From positions 9,548,001-9,612,000 of the forward strand of contig JBHGNT010000022.1 in the NCBI GenBank assembly GCA_043228905.1: a stretch of 64,000 nucleotides of DNA. Reading direction: 5' to 3'. The position numbers and the translations under genes are program-made. The DNA comes from Azolla caroliniana. Its lineage: Eukaryota > Plantae > Polypodiophyta. How positions within the stretch are numbered: the stretch's first letter is position 1; the number at the start of each line of letters is the position of its first letter. Under the pieces are notes generated by a model. That model saw nothing but the letters and a program-made list of their open reading frames with translations, made no database searches and had not been told where the DNA came from. Shown here piece by piece: positions 38,601 through 51,500 of this stretch.

Positions 38601-40786
38601 GGGTTTACTGATATTGTGAAGAGAAACATTTCTTCCTTGTGTCCTTCACGCAACTGATGTAGTGAAATGGTTGCAATCTTATGAGTAGATCCTCGGGTTT
38701 GTCGACACCAATTTCTCTTGTTCTACAATCTATGGCTAGGTTATGTAATTCGAACCATGGTAATCCCAAAACAATGGGATATTCTGGGATACTAATTATA
38801 TTAAATGATACTACACACACTAAGTTATCTAGGACAATATTAACGGGTTTTGACTCTTCTATAATATTTCCGGAAGCAATGGGACGACCATCAATGACTA
38901 CTACAGAGGCTGGACACGTGAGTTTTTTAGGGATATCTAATGAGCTTGGGCAAAATTCCTATCCATGAAGCAAGAGTTGGCTCCAGAATCTAAGAGTGCT
39001 AAGACATGTACTAGAGGAGTACTTTTAGTACTAACCATTACTTGAGCTAAGAACACATTGCTAACTTGCTTAGAGGAAATGGAACCACTAAGGGGCTGCA
39101 CAGATCTAGGGTTGTCCAACTAAACAGTTCCTATTTTGGCTGGACTTAATCGTTTAACTCTTCTTCTAGTTGACTAAGGATTTCAAATTTGTTTGAAAGG
39201 CTTGGGCTATTAGGACTATCAGACACACCTAGAGAAATAGACTCGGGTTTAGTACTATTAGTACTAGCGGTTATTTGATTTACCTGTCTTTTCGGCCGAT
39301 GGGGGCAATTCACGACAAAGTCCACCGCAATAAAGACATAATCGATTTGCCGTGCATTGTTGCTTTTCTTCTTCCAATAGTGGTCCACGACGACGTGTGG
39401 TGTCGATTTCCATTGGAGTCGGAGTATTTGTTGGATATGTATTGAATGAATCCCTTGGGAAAGGCTTTGCTACGGTTGAAGCGTAGGTGGGCTTCGATCT
39501 TATCCTTGGCATTTGAAACTGACGTTCCGAACGTTGTTCGAAGAGGCGATTATTGTATCGCACCGCACGACTGATTGCTTCTGTCAATGACTTTGGCTCC
39601 TCGGGGAAAGTTAATAGTAAATCTTTAACATCATTACGTAGGCCAAAATGAAATTGCTCCATTAGTGTCTAGTCATTGAAGGGAATATCCGTGGCGAGAA
39701 GACGGAAAAGCATAAGCCAAGGCCTACCGCTCACCTTGGCGCAATCTTCGGATTTTGTTGATTGTTGTTCTAACACTGCCAGTATCTCCAAACAAGGGAG
39801 AACTTTAAATTCGGTAATAAACTCTTCGAAATTATTTAACAAGGGAGAGTTTTTTTCTAACAGGGGGGCAACAAAGTTGTGCCACTAAGTAGAGTGCGTA
39901 CTAGTCCCACTCGTGATGCATCGGTGGGATATCGAGATGATGCATTTGAATGACTAATCGTACCTAATTAAGGAATCCTCTAAACTACGATCGTGTTCCA
40001 TCGAATTTTATGGGAAGGCCGATCTTGGGTTCTTTATGAACCCCTTGAGTACTAGGTCCTTGTTGTTGCATTGCTACTATGGTTGCTTCGAGCTGTTGCA
40101 TGCGTAACGCTAGTTCCCCATGTTGTTGTTGCGTCTGCTGCTTCTCTAAGGAGATTTGTTGAAGCTCCCCCAACAGTCGTTGATTTTCTTGTTCCAATGC
40201 GAGAAACTTCTCTTTCAAGCATTGCAACTCCGAAAAAACGGATAGATATTCTTGAGCGTTAACAGTGGCCATAGTATGAGAGAAAAGAGGAATAAGAGAT
40301 TAGTATGAAGGGAGGGAGAAGTAAGAAGATAAAGGAAGAGAAGGAAGGAGAGGAAAATCGGTTCAAACTGTCAGGAGCAGTACTAAGACAGAGAAGTATT
40401 GTCAGGAATAGTACTAAAACAAAGAAGGAATTAGTAAAGATAAGGTGTAGAACTCTCGAGGGAAGGAAAGAGTGAGAGAGAGAGAGAGAATGAGGATAAC
40501 AAAAGATATATTATGTTAAGGGAATATAAAATAGTACCTAGGAGGCTTAAGACTGGCGTTGAACCGATTTGGTTTGAAATAATGCCTTGTGCCTCCTTTT
40601 ATAGTGTTCTCAGGAGTATTCTTAAAGTTTCTAGAATGTTCCAGAGAAATCTGGAATATACATCAATTGTCTATAGTAAAACTTAAATGAAAATAATATT
40701 CTTCGTATTACAATACATAACCTAATGGTAAGAGCTTGACCCATGTAACATAAAGTCATGGGTTTGAGTTTTGCCCTATCATGACA
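35648..40786 (-). mobile_element. Tcn1-like chromovirus (Ty3/gypsy) no. 1, degenerate
   Basis: LTRs 35648-36085 and 40369-40786; TSD CTGAT/CTAAT. Gag (PTPMEID), protease LLDSGA, RT (KKKDGSL..DYRGLN), RNase H, integrase, chromodomain (EYEVAAILDSK..YLVNWLGY) at ~36200-36330. No tRNA PBS. Confidence 0.95.
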
Positions 40787-41926
40787 CTAATCGGCTACTT
40801 CTGTGTTGGCTGCTTATCGGTTGCTTTCGTGTCACCTGTTGTATTCCCCCTCAAGCTCGGCAATGTGGATATTGTGAGACCAAGGTTGGATGCGAATTGC
40901 CCGAGCTTGTCGACGCTTAAAGCCTTCATAAAGATATCAACAATTTGAAGGTGCATATTGATGTGTTGTAGATCAATTTCGCCGGCATGAACGCACTCGT
41001 GAATGAAGTGGTAGTGCACTTCAATGTGTTTAGTTTGCGCATGAAACATGGGGTTGTGAGCCAAGTAGATATTGCTCATGTTATCGTAGTATAAGCAAAT
41101 CAGATCTTTGATGGGTACGCCCAGATCCTTTAGTACGCGCTTCAGCCATACGACTTCACATGCAACGACTGCCGCGCCTCTGTATTCAGCCTCTGTGCTC
41201 GACAGTGCGATTGTCGGTTGCTTCTTGCTGCTCCACGAGATTGCTCCGCTGCCGAGGGAGAAGACGAATTCGGATGTCGATCGTCAATCGTCCTTATATA
41301 AGGCCCAGTTCGCGTCCATGTACCCTTCGAGTCGAATAAGCATATTCAACTTGTACATAATGTCGTAATCCATTGTACCACTGATATACCGAAGTATCCT
41401 CTTAGCGCAATCAAGATGTAGATTTCGTGGGTTCTGCATGAATTGGCTAAGTAGGCCGACAGAATAGTTGAGGTCAGGTCATGTGATGGTTAGGTAGATG
41501 AAGTTGCCGATCAGTTGGCGATACTGAGTTGGCTCGCACTCGGTTGTGCCAGAATCAACATCGAGCTTGAGATTACGGTCAAGAGGAGTAGACACAGGTT
41601 TGCACTCGGTCATTCTGAACTTGTAGAGTAAGTTGAGAACGTAGTGCCGTTGAGAGATCAGGATCCCGACTAATGTCCAAATTACTTTGATGCCAAGGAA
41701 GTAATGGAGCTCTTGCATATCTTTCATTTCAAATATGCCAGATAGGAGTGATTTCACCGTATTGAATTCGGCTAGATTTAGTCCTCCGATGACCAAATCA
41801 TCCACGTATAGGATGATGACAATCATGTTGTTTGACTCATTTCAGACGTACAGAGAGTTGTCTGATTTCGACATTTGAAATTCCATTTGGTGAAGATACT
41901 GCGTGATCTTTGAGTGCCAAGCACGC

Positions 41927-42586
41927 TGCCACGTTGCTACGCGCGTGCGTGGAGAAGGGCGGGACCACGGGGGTCTTGGACTAAGGAGTAGAGGAGAAGG
42001 AATCGGACACGGAATGGAAGCTTTGCTCAAGAAGAAGAAGAATGAACAAGAGGAAGATGGAGACAAGATGAACAACCAGATGTATTAAAACGAAATGAAC
42101 GATTACAAAATGGTGGCCGCATAGGCCGCACCAGACGACTACTCAAAACCCTAACCCTAACCCTAATGCTCGACCTATGTGGTATACCTCGCACACTCAA
42201 AATAGGCAACCCTCACAATGGTGCCTTCCCTCTCCTTTTATAGCACAAGGAGGGAAGACAGTTTACAAAAACGAGACTAAAATATTCCCTTTCATTCAAA
42301 GGGGATATTTGCCTTGATTTGGGGGAGGGTGAGATTGATGGCCCCTTAACTCCCACCTCCTCACAAACAACTAGGTACTTATGTACCGCATAGTACCTCT
42401 CTCTCTCTCGCGTAGATGTGCGCACAAGACCACATCGCCTTTATACCTTAGGGATCTTATGGGGCATTTCTAGCACCATACCCTTTACCCCTATTACAAA
42501 TACATTATGTACGTGTGCAACGTTGCACATCGCTCTTTGGCTCTCGTTGCTCGGGTTTTCGCTTGTGGACGAAAATCTTCACAACA
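41927..42586. mobile_element. 660-bp solo LTR with 4-bp TSD
   Basis: TG...CA ends flanked by ACGC (41923-41926, 42587-42590). Removing it restores copia RT GLKQALR|AWHSKI. Confidence 0.88.
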
Positions 42587-45500
42587 ACGCAGTGCTTGCT
42601 TAAGACCATAGATTAGCTTCTTGAGTCGGCACACGGCTTTTTAATGAGTACGCCATTCAAAGCCGGGCGGTTGTACCATGTACACCTCTTCCAAGTCACC
42701 TTGAAGAAAGGCGTTCTTGACGTCCATCTGGTGGAGGTGCCACCCTTTTGCTGTTGCGAGTGCGATCACGGTCTGGATCATTGTCATCTTTGCCACCGGG
42801 GCAAAGGTCTCTTCGTAGTCGACTCCATGTTTTTGTGCGTATCCCTTCGCTACGAGTCATGCTTTAAAGTGATTTACGGAGTTGTCAACATTGTGTTTCA
42901 CTTTGTAAATCCATTTGCTTCCAATCGCTTTCTTGTGCGGAGACTGAGGAACGAGATCCCATGTCTCATTTTTGCATAAGGCTTGCATTTCTTCATTCAT
43001 CGCGTCGACCCATCTAGGGTCCTTCGCGGCTTCGGAAAACGTTTCCGGCTCCCGTATTGTCACTACCTTCATCATAAAGGCGTAATGGTATGCCATATAA
43101 TCGTTGTAGCCGAATCGGCTTACAGGTTTCTTTTCACGGGTGGATCGGCGGAGTTTTTCATTTGCAGCCGCAATGTCTTTCTTCACTCCAGTTATCTAGA
43201 TGTCGGGGCCTTCGAACTCACTGTGGGTTGACTCATTGTCCATCAAGTCTTCATATTCTGGCATTTTCGCCTTCCCTTTCTCCAGCTTCTGACTCGGCCG
43301 AGATGTGCTTTGATCGCTTGGAGGCTCTTGAGGCACACTTAACCTTGTCGTAATCGGGCTTCCTTCGAACATGTGTGTGAGCCTATCTTCGTCTTCTATC
43401 TCTATTTTCGCGGATTCCGGGTCGAGTGGAATCAGAGTCGAAGTTGTCTCTGGTGCGTACCAGGATGCGAACTCGTCGAAAACGACGTCTCGACTTACTC
43501 GAGCTTTTCGAGTTGAGGGGTTATAGCACTTGTACCCCTTTTGCACTAGTGAGTATCCTACGAGGATACATTTCTCCTACTTCGGGTCAGGCTTTTGTCG
43601 CGTCTCGTTGGGAGTATGCACATAGGCGATCGAGCCAAAAATACGCACATGTGGTAACTCAGGCTTCTTTCCGAAAAACACCTCATACGGGGTTACGACA
43701 TGTACCCCTGAGGTTGTACACCAATTCATTAGGTATACGGTTGTGTTAGCCGCTTCTACCCAGCATGATTTTGGCAGGTTCTTCTTGTTCATCATCGCCC
43801 GTGAAACCTCTACTATGTGCCGATTTTTTCGCTCGACTATGTCATTTTGCTAAGGTGTGTGTCGGCATGAGAATTCTCGTCGAATTCCTTCCTTTCGGAG
43901 ATACGTCGTAAATTCGTCTGAGAAGTATTCTTTGCCTCCATCTTATCGAAGACATCGTACATGGCGTCCCGTAGCCTTTTTGACTTCGTTTTTGAACCTT
44001 TGGAAGTGGCCGAACACTTCGCTCTTGTGTTTCATCAGGTAGATCCATGTGTGCCTGGAGAAGTCGTCGATGAACGTGACATAATATCAGCATTCGCCTA
44101 ATGTGGTTGTCTGTGCCGGACCCAATACATCTGAATGTACGACATCCAGGATCCCTTTGTTCACATTCCACTCTTTTAGAAATGGACGTCGGCGTTGTTT
44201 TCCGAACTGGCACGCCTCGCATACACCCGCAATCTCCTTCTTGGTAAAGTTTGGGAGTCCAATTACGACTCCTTTTGATTGCATATTCTGGAGCTTCTAG
44301 AGGTTGATGTGCCCAATTCTCTTGTGCCACTGTTTCAAGTCAGTTTCGTCTTTGATGCCATTAGCAAACATAGCGGACTTCACCTAGCTCAACTCGAGGA
44401 TAAACATTCGGCCTTCTCGACGGCCGTGAGCTACGACTCGATCGTCTTTTTCAATGAAGCATCCGTCAATGTTGTTCGACAATCTGGCTGACCAAGTCCA
44501 AGTTTTTTGTGATGGTTGGGACATGCAGGACATTTTTGAGGTACGTTTGTTTGTCGTCATTTCCGAATGGGACGTTCCCGATATGCCGCATTGAATGAGT
44601 TGTATCATCGCTTGTTTCGACATATCCAGGCCGTTCGAGCTTTCATAATTCTCCAAACCAATCTTCATGAGATGTCATATGATTGGATGCTCCCGAGTCA
44701 ACAAACCATACATTATCTGTGTGGTTCTTGTTTCACCTTGTGTCGCCAATGAGTGCGCTCTGTGCCTCATCATGAACATTCCGCTACGATCGTCGTAGTC
44801 AGAATTCGATGCGTAATTCGTGAGTTGTCGACTAGTCGAAGAGGAGTCTCGCTTCTTCTTTCGGCACTCCTCTTCATAGTGGCCGAGTTTTCCGTACTAC
44901 CCACATTCAATCGGGCTATTACGATTGCTTGGTCTGATAGGATGGCTCCCCCTTCTTCCGAACACTCTGCCTCGCGTGTTTGACGTGTCTTGTCGGTAGT
45001 AGAAGTTGTGTTCACGGGGTTTCTCTTGTCACGGACAAGTAGAAGAGGCTCAATACTAAGAGAGTGAGAGAGAGATCATAGACAAGATAATAAGAAAGAG
45101 AGAGAGAGAAAGTAGTCAAAAGAAAAAGAACTGAATTATGATTCCGTAACTGGTGTTGTTCACCTTGACTAAGGCCAAGGTGAACACCTGTATCTATACA
45201 TGTTTATGGGCTCTAAATGTAGCTCCATGCAAAGACTCATTTTCATGCACAAGCTTCTAGAATGTTCTAGCTTCTGGAAGCTTCTAAAATACTACATGTA
45301 GAATAGATAATCTGCAATAATCTAGTACGGTAACATGGTTATGTATTAGATGTATTGGTTAAAACATATGGATTAAATACAGTAGGTCAAGAGTTTGAAT
45401 CATGACATGACTGTTGCCACGTCCATGACATTATCCCCCTGCTAAGGCTGCTTCCGAAGATGCCTCCCCAGTTTTTGTGAATATTAGTGGTGAAATGCAT

Positions 45501-47221
45501 GAACAACATCTGGTGCATTCTCCAAGTGTTGGGTTGGTTCCCAGTTTGCCTCTGAAATGGGATACCCTTTCCATAGGACTAAGTATTGAAGTTGTCATCG
45601 ATGCCAACGAGAGTCCAGAATCTTGTCCACCTCAAACTCCTCACCTATGGAAAGCTCAATTGGAGGTGGAGGTGGAGAGTGTCTTCCAGGAATAGTGGAT
45701 GGATGATAAGGTTCGAGAAGAGAGGCATGGAAGACATTATGAATCCAGAAATGTGGAGGAAGTTCCAGCCGGAAAGTGACGGGATTGACACACTCAATGA
45801 TGCGGAAAGGCCCCAACTTCTTGTAATCCAACTTTCGGCAAGGTCGAGTAGTATCAAAATGGAGACGTAAGAGCCAAACTTGATCACCAACTACAAAGGC
45901 AATTGTTGCGGACAATGTCGATCAGCTTGGGCTTTATACCAGTCCCTTGCAAGGATGAGTTCGAGGGAGAGGTCTTGATGAATGTCGGCTAAAATACGAG
46001 CATGTCCTTCCGCTGACAGGTTGACAGAGTTTGCCAGGGATGGAAATACTGAAGCGAGGATGGAAACCATAGTTGGCGAAAAATGGGGTGACCCCAGTTG
46101 AACCATGTAGCATATTATTATATGTGAACTCTGCCAAGGGTAGGAAGTCAACCCAATCATCTTGTTGGTAGCTCAACGAGCATGGAAGGTATTGCTCAAG
46201 AATTTGGTTCACCCGCTCCGTTTGGCCATCAGTTTGAGGATGATAGGACGAAGACAAATTCATTGTTGTGCCCAATGTTTGAAGGAGCCGCCACCAAAAA
46301 CGAGAGACAAATTGGGGTCCGCGATCTAAGGTGACATCATCCAAGACCCCATGAAGTTGCACCACATTCTTTAAAAATAGGTCGGTTGTTGCTTCTGCTG
46401 AAATAGTCTTTGCACAAGGGGCAAAATGAGCCATCTTTGTAAACCGATCTACCATGATGAGCATTGTGTCATATCCATGGACAAGAAGAGGCAGCAAGAG
46501 GCAGGTCAGTGATGAAATCCATGGATATTGATGCCCAAGGCTGGTTGGGAATGGGAAGTGGTTGGAGCAACCCATATGGCCTATGGTGGATGACTTTGGA
46601 TCTAGCACAAGTATCACAGGTCTTGATGAATTCCTTGAAGAACTTCCATGGTTGAGGCCACCAATATCCTTGTGAGATTAATTCGAGTGTCTTTGTAACG
46701 CCAAAATGACCAGCGAAGGGGTCATCATGACACTTTTGGAGAACTTGAGTTTGACATCGCCCCTCTGGAACATATAAGAATTGGTCTTGGTACAACAATC
46801 CCCCCTCGAATCTGAAGTGGTCAAGGTCTTCCTTGGTCTTGGATTTAAACAAATCAATAAGACCTTCCTGAATTGCGTTGGCGAATTTGTCGATTGGAAG
46901 TGCTTTGGTTATCTCCTCAATCAAAGAGTCTTCATGGAGCATGCATGTGGCGAAGAGCTGGAATTGATCTGGTTTAAGCAAACATTGAGATTGTTGAGCA
47001 TAGGTGTCATCCCTTGGGCTCAACTCAAAATCCGACCATCGTGAAAGAGCATCAACCTTCATGTTTTGTGCCCCTGGCCGAAAGACAATTTCAAAGTCAT
47101 AGTCAGCTAAGAAAGTTGACCAACGGACCTGCCGTCGATTCAAAGTATGGGTTGTTGAGAAATACAATAAATTTTTATGATTTGTTAATGCATGAACCCG
47201 ATGTTGCGCCCCAGTCAAGTA

Positions 47222-48530
47222 ACAATAAGGTTTTGTGAGCTATCAAGTGCTTTTTTGAACACTTCTAGCCCACAAGATTCTTTTACTAAAAGGTCTTCTG
47301 AAAGGAACACTTTACGTACCCCCTTGGAGCACTCTATCATTACCAGTATGTTGGCCGAATCTGCATCTTCGTAGTCAAATCGTAGAATACGGCCATACAT
47401 AAATGGGGTTTCCTTTCCAAGTTGCCCCTCACCCTTCTTCTTTGCTGTATACAATACGACTTTTTTCTTTGAGTCGACATATTGCATACACCATTCCTTG
47501 TCCGTTAGATCTCGGTCAGGAAGGTCTTCACCTCCAATAGCGGCGACAAGTTTCTTTTGGCTAACATCACTATGTGGCTGAGATTTTGTCTCTTCGTTAA
47601 AGAGAAGCTTTTTTCCTCTCTTCATGGTCTCAGGAGCTACCTTGGTCTGGGCTTCGATTGGAGAACCTTGTATGCGAAGCTTTATTTTCTTCACCGGTCG
47701 GTCCGACAGGTTTTCAAACGACCTATTTAAGAAAGTATATGCAAAAACATAAGTTAGGTAGTCACGTAGATTAAGGTTGTATATTAACATGAAGAACAGT
47801 TCCCAGGAGCAGTCCTATATTCAAAAATCTATTATAGGTAGGGCTATTCAACCTAGAAAATATATATCGTAATAAGTAAAAAGGGTTATATATTCTTTTA
47901 AATAGTAGGTATGACTTATATAGATTCCAAACCTATATTGACGAGAATTTGCTATCGTAAAGGCAATTTGTGGATCATTTTCTACTATTTTAAGCTAAAG
48001 TAGGTCATAAAACACCTATAATTAGAGCATGTTTTTTTTTAAAAGTAAGGAAAGCCAACATAAAAAGACTGATTTTGCCAGACAATTTGATAACTTTTCC
48101 ATCCCAAAATTATTTGTTACCCCAAAAATACAATTTTTCTCTCTCAAAGCCTTCTTATATACAGGAACTCGATACGGCGTATCGAGTTCCTGTTTAAAAC
48201 CTACACTTTAAACAGGAACTCGATACGGCGTATCGAGTTCGTATTTAAAACCTAAACTTTAAACAGGAACTTGATACGGCGTATCGAGTTCCTGTTTAAA
48301 ACCTACACTTTAAACATGAACTCGATACGGCGTATCGAGTTCCTGTATAAAAAGCAAAATTAAATTATGAACTCGATACGCCATATCAAGTTCATGTATA
48401 AATATTTGTATTGTATACATGAACTCGATACGGCGTATCGAGTTCTTGAGAAACGAAACATATTTACAAAAATGTCCACAGTGTCAGAGGCCTACCTGGA
48501 GTCCTCGCGCTCGATTCTCTTTGAAGACAT
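47222..48530 (-). CDS. Transposon accessory gene of unknown function; exons 48530-48496 and 47722-47222 (3'-truncated)
   Basis: TATA (CTATAAATAG, minus strand) near 48672-48682. ATG gives MSSKRIEREDS, donor AG|GTAGGC, branch-like CCTAAC, acceptor TAG|G, in phase with ORF 47215-47790 (RSFENLSDRPVKKIK...). Basic NLS-like patches. Confidence 0.7.
48161..48449. repeat. Array of six palindromes, period 51-52 bp
   Basis: ACAGGAACTCGATACG-G-CGTATCGAGTTCCTGT units start at 48161, 48212, 48263, 48314, 48365 and 48417. Confidence 0.97.
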
Positions 48531-51500
48531 GTTTGATCGTGTGGAAGTGGAGGCGGAGATCGCGCTTTCGTGCTTTGTGCTCTGTGTGCTTTGTGTGCTC
48601 TGTGTGCTCTCTACGTTTTGTGTGCTCTGTAAGCTCTGTACGCTCTAGTGAGTGAAATATGACGAGGTCTTCCTATTTATAGGGATTGAACACATTGGTT
48701 AAAGTAACCATAGTCACCTTAACCAAGGTTGGTAACTTTGAGGATAGTTAGTTGGTAACCATAGTCACATTAACTAGAGAAACTTATGATTGTATTAATG
48801 ATTACAAAGTCAAACTACCATATTGATCAATCTTTTATAGTCATAACAACCTACAATGACTTCAAAGGTTATGAATGAGACAATGATAGAGGTTCATGAA
48901 TGTACCAATGATTGATTACTAAAACCAACAATTTTTATGACTCTCAAATGTTGTGTATTAAAGATGTGGGCATAAATTAACCAATGATTGATAAGTCTAA
49001 TATTTAAAATGGTGAGCATTAAAGAACCAATGAGTGAGACGTTCTATATCAAAATGGGTGCCATTAATTAGCCAATGATTTTAACATTAATCCAACATAT
49101 TCATGGCTTGTTAATGATTAGTTTTATATTTTACTTGATTTAACTTTATATAGATCTAGTTTATATAATAATTGATATTTTAAGTACAATTACTTTATTA
49201 AAAATAATTTTTTGATGTATTGTATTAATAGAATATTACATAATATAGACATTCTATTGATTTGGCTTTTGTTTAGAGAGAAGTTTATGTTTAGAGAGGA
49301 GTATATGTTTAGAGAGGAGTATATGTTTAGAGAGGAGCTTATTAGTTTTTTTCTTTCCCCTAAGCCCATAACTTAGAGAGCCCTATCTAGACCTTAAGCC
49401 ATGAGTGAAGATTCACCGTTCTCGATTGAAGAATATTGTTTGTCATCAGACCCATCGTTTTCTATTGAAGAGTATTGTTTGTCATCAGAGTCACCATATT
49501 CGATTGAAGAATATTGTCTGTCGACCGACTCACCATATTCTATCGAAGAATATTGTCTGAGCTCATCTACAGGGAATGTAAATAATGACACATGTGAAGA
49601 GTTCTCTATTGAAGAATACGATATTAATAAAGATACCGAGAATGAAGGAAGTGCCCAGGAAACATTGAATAACATTGGCGATGGTCACAGCAAAGAATTA
49701 GACTGTAACAAGGTTACACCAACCTCTATGCAGGAAGAGAAATCTGGGAGCCCTATGCATATTAGAAGAATCCCACGAAGAATTCGTCTAGCTAGATTTA
49801 GCTTGGTGACATCAGATAAACAGATTGGATTTGATGTCAACAAAATATGTTGTGCCCGTGGTTGTATGTCTATGATTGGAAAATCAAAGTTGCGAGAATT
49901 AAGGCGATACTATTTTTCGATGACCGGTGATGAGCAAGACACTTACCTCGGGTCACATATGCAACTAGTATCTGACAAATGTACGGGGATCAAAGTATCA
50001 TTCGAGTATTATATCTTCCATGCGCAACAGATATGTAGAGTTGCATTCAAAATTGCGTTATGTGTTAGTAACATGCGGCTACATAGAGTACAACAACGTC
50101 TACTTAGCGGGGATCAGATGCTCAATTGTAAAGAGGTTCCAAGTATGAAAGGTGCAATTGGAAGACTAGCTATTGGCTGGATGAAAACTTACTTTCAGTT
50201 AAATTGTGAAGTAATGCCCACTACAGGTAGGATGCATCTTTCTGATAATTATACACGTCGGGAAGTTTATGATGTCTATCGATCTGATATGCTGGGCTCA
50301 CGTAATAAGTCGATCACATATAGCCAATTCACAAGATTATGGAGAGCTCGGTTTTCAAATGTTATTATTCCTCGTAAAGTACGTATGGGGTATTGCTCCA
50401 TTTGTGCAAATCTTAAAAGTTTGGCTAAAGGTGCAAAGACATCAATGGAAAAGGATACGAGTAAGAAGTTACTACAAGAGCATCGTGAGGCACAATCCTT
50501 AGAACGAAGGAAGGCGATGCATTATAGAGAGAAGTGTTTGAAGAGGCCCGAACAATACATGTGCTTAATGATAGATGGCATGGACCAGAAGAAGACATGC
50601 TTGCCGCATATGCGGAGGCTCCCCAAAGATGTCAATGATGAGTGCCTTGTTCAAATGCACTTGGTGGGATGCTTGGCTTATAATAGGTCTGTTCGACCTC
50701 ACGTCTTCATTACTTACCCCAATGTTCACAATGACCCTAACCTAACAGTTACAATGATTCACCGAGTTTTGATGTCTTGGGGACAACCTTTCCCCCCTGT
50801 TCTATACATTCAATTGGACAATACTGCTAGAGAGAACAAAAATTCAACTGTATTTGGCTATCTAAGTATGTTGGTCAACCTAGAATTGTTTAGGAAAGTG
50901 AAAGTCAATTTCCTTTTGGTTGGCCACACACATGACCATATAGATCAGATGTTTAGCACATTCTCCAGACAGTTGTCTCGGCATGATGCTTTCACTTTAC
51001 CTAAACTATTTGATGTCATTTGTGATGCTTATACACCACGCCCAAAAGTGTTACACTTGAAGGAGGTATATGACTTTAAGAGATATATATTAGATGGGGG
51101 TGGTGGGAATGTTAAAGTGCTTGCTCAGTTAAACAATATAAGTTTCAATCACATTTTTTTGATAAAGAAAAATGGAATAAGTGGTTCTACACTTTTGTAT
51201 GCCAAACAATATTCATCTTCTACAACATGGGAACCTGAAGGTGGTTGCCAGTTATTACTTTGTATGCCGAGTACAATTGTCCATGGAGCTAAGCAAATGC
51301 CAATTGAGAAGAAAGGACAGTTGCAGAGCGACTTGGTATCAGAACAAAAACGGTCATGGCTCCAAGTCTTAGAAGAAAAAAGAAAGCATATTGAGGCCGC
51401 CAAGAAATATGCCGCACAACAAGACACGTTGTCGTAGTGTATTTTGTACACTACGTGAAAAACGTATATAGTATTAGATTCAATAAAAAATGAAGAAATA

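Noticed and set aside
47219-47225. AGTAACA as the left TIR matching TGTTACT at 55970-55976
   Set aside because: Only 7 bp, no TSD, an ORF is cut at this junction and gypsy codons are missing; a deletion of the true left end fits better.
48161-48449. CRISPR array
   Set aside because: Linkers are under 20 bp and the first three are near-identical, there are no cas genes, and the context is a eukaryotic intron.
48367-48655. Plus-strand ORFs with CVL repeats
   Set aside because: Antisense to exon 1 and the 5'UTR of the accessory gene; derived from the palindromes and 9-bp repeats.
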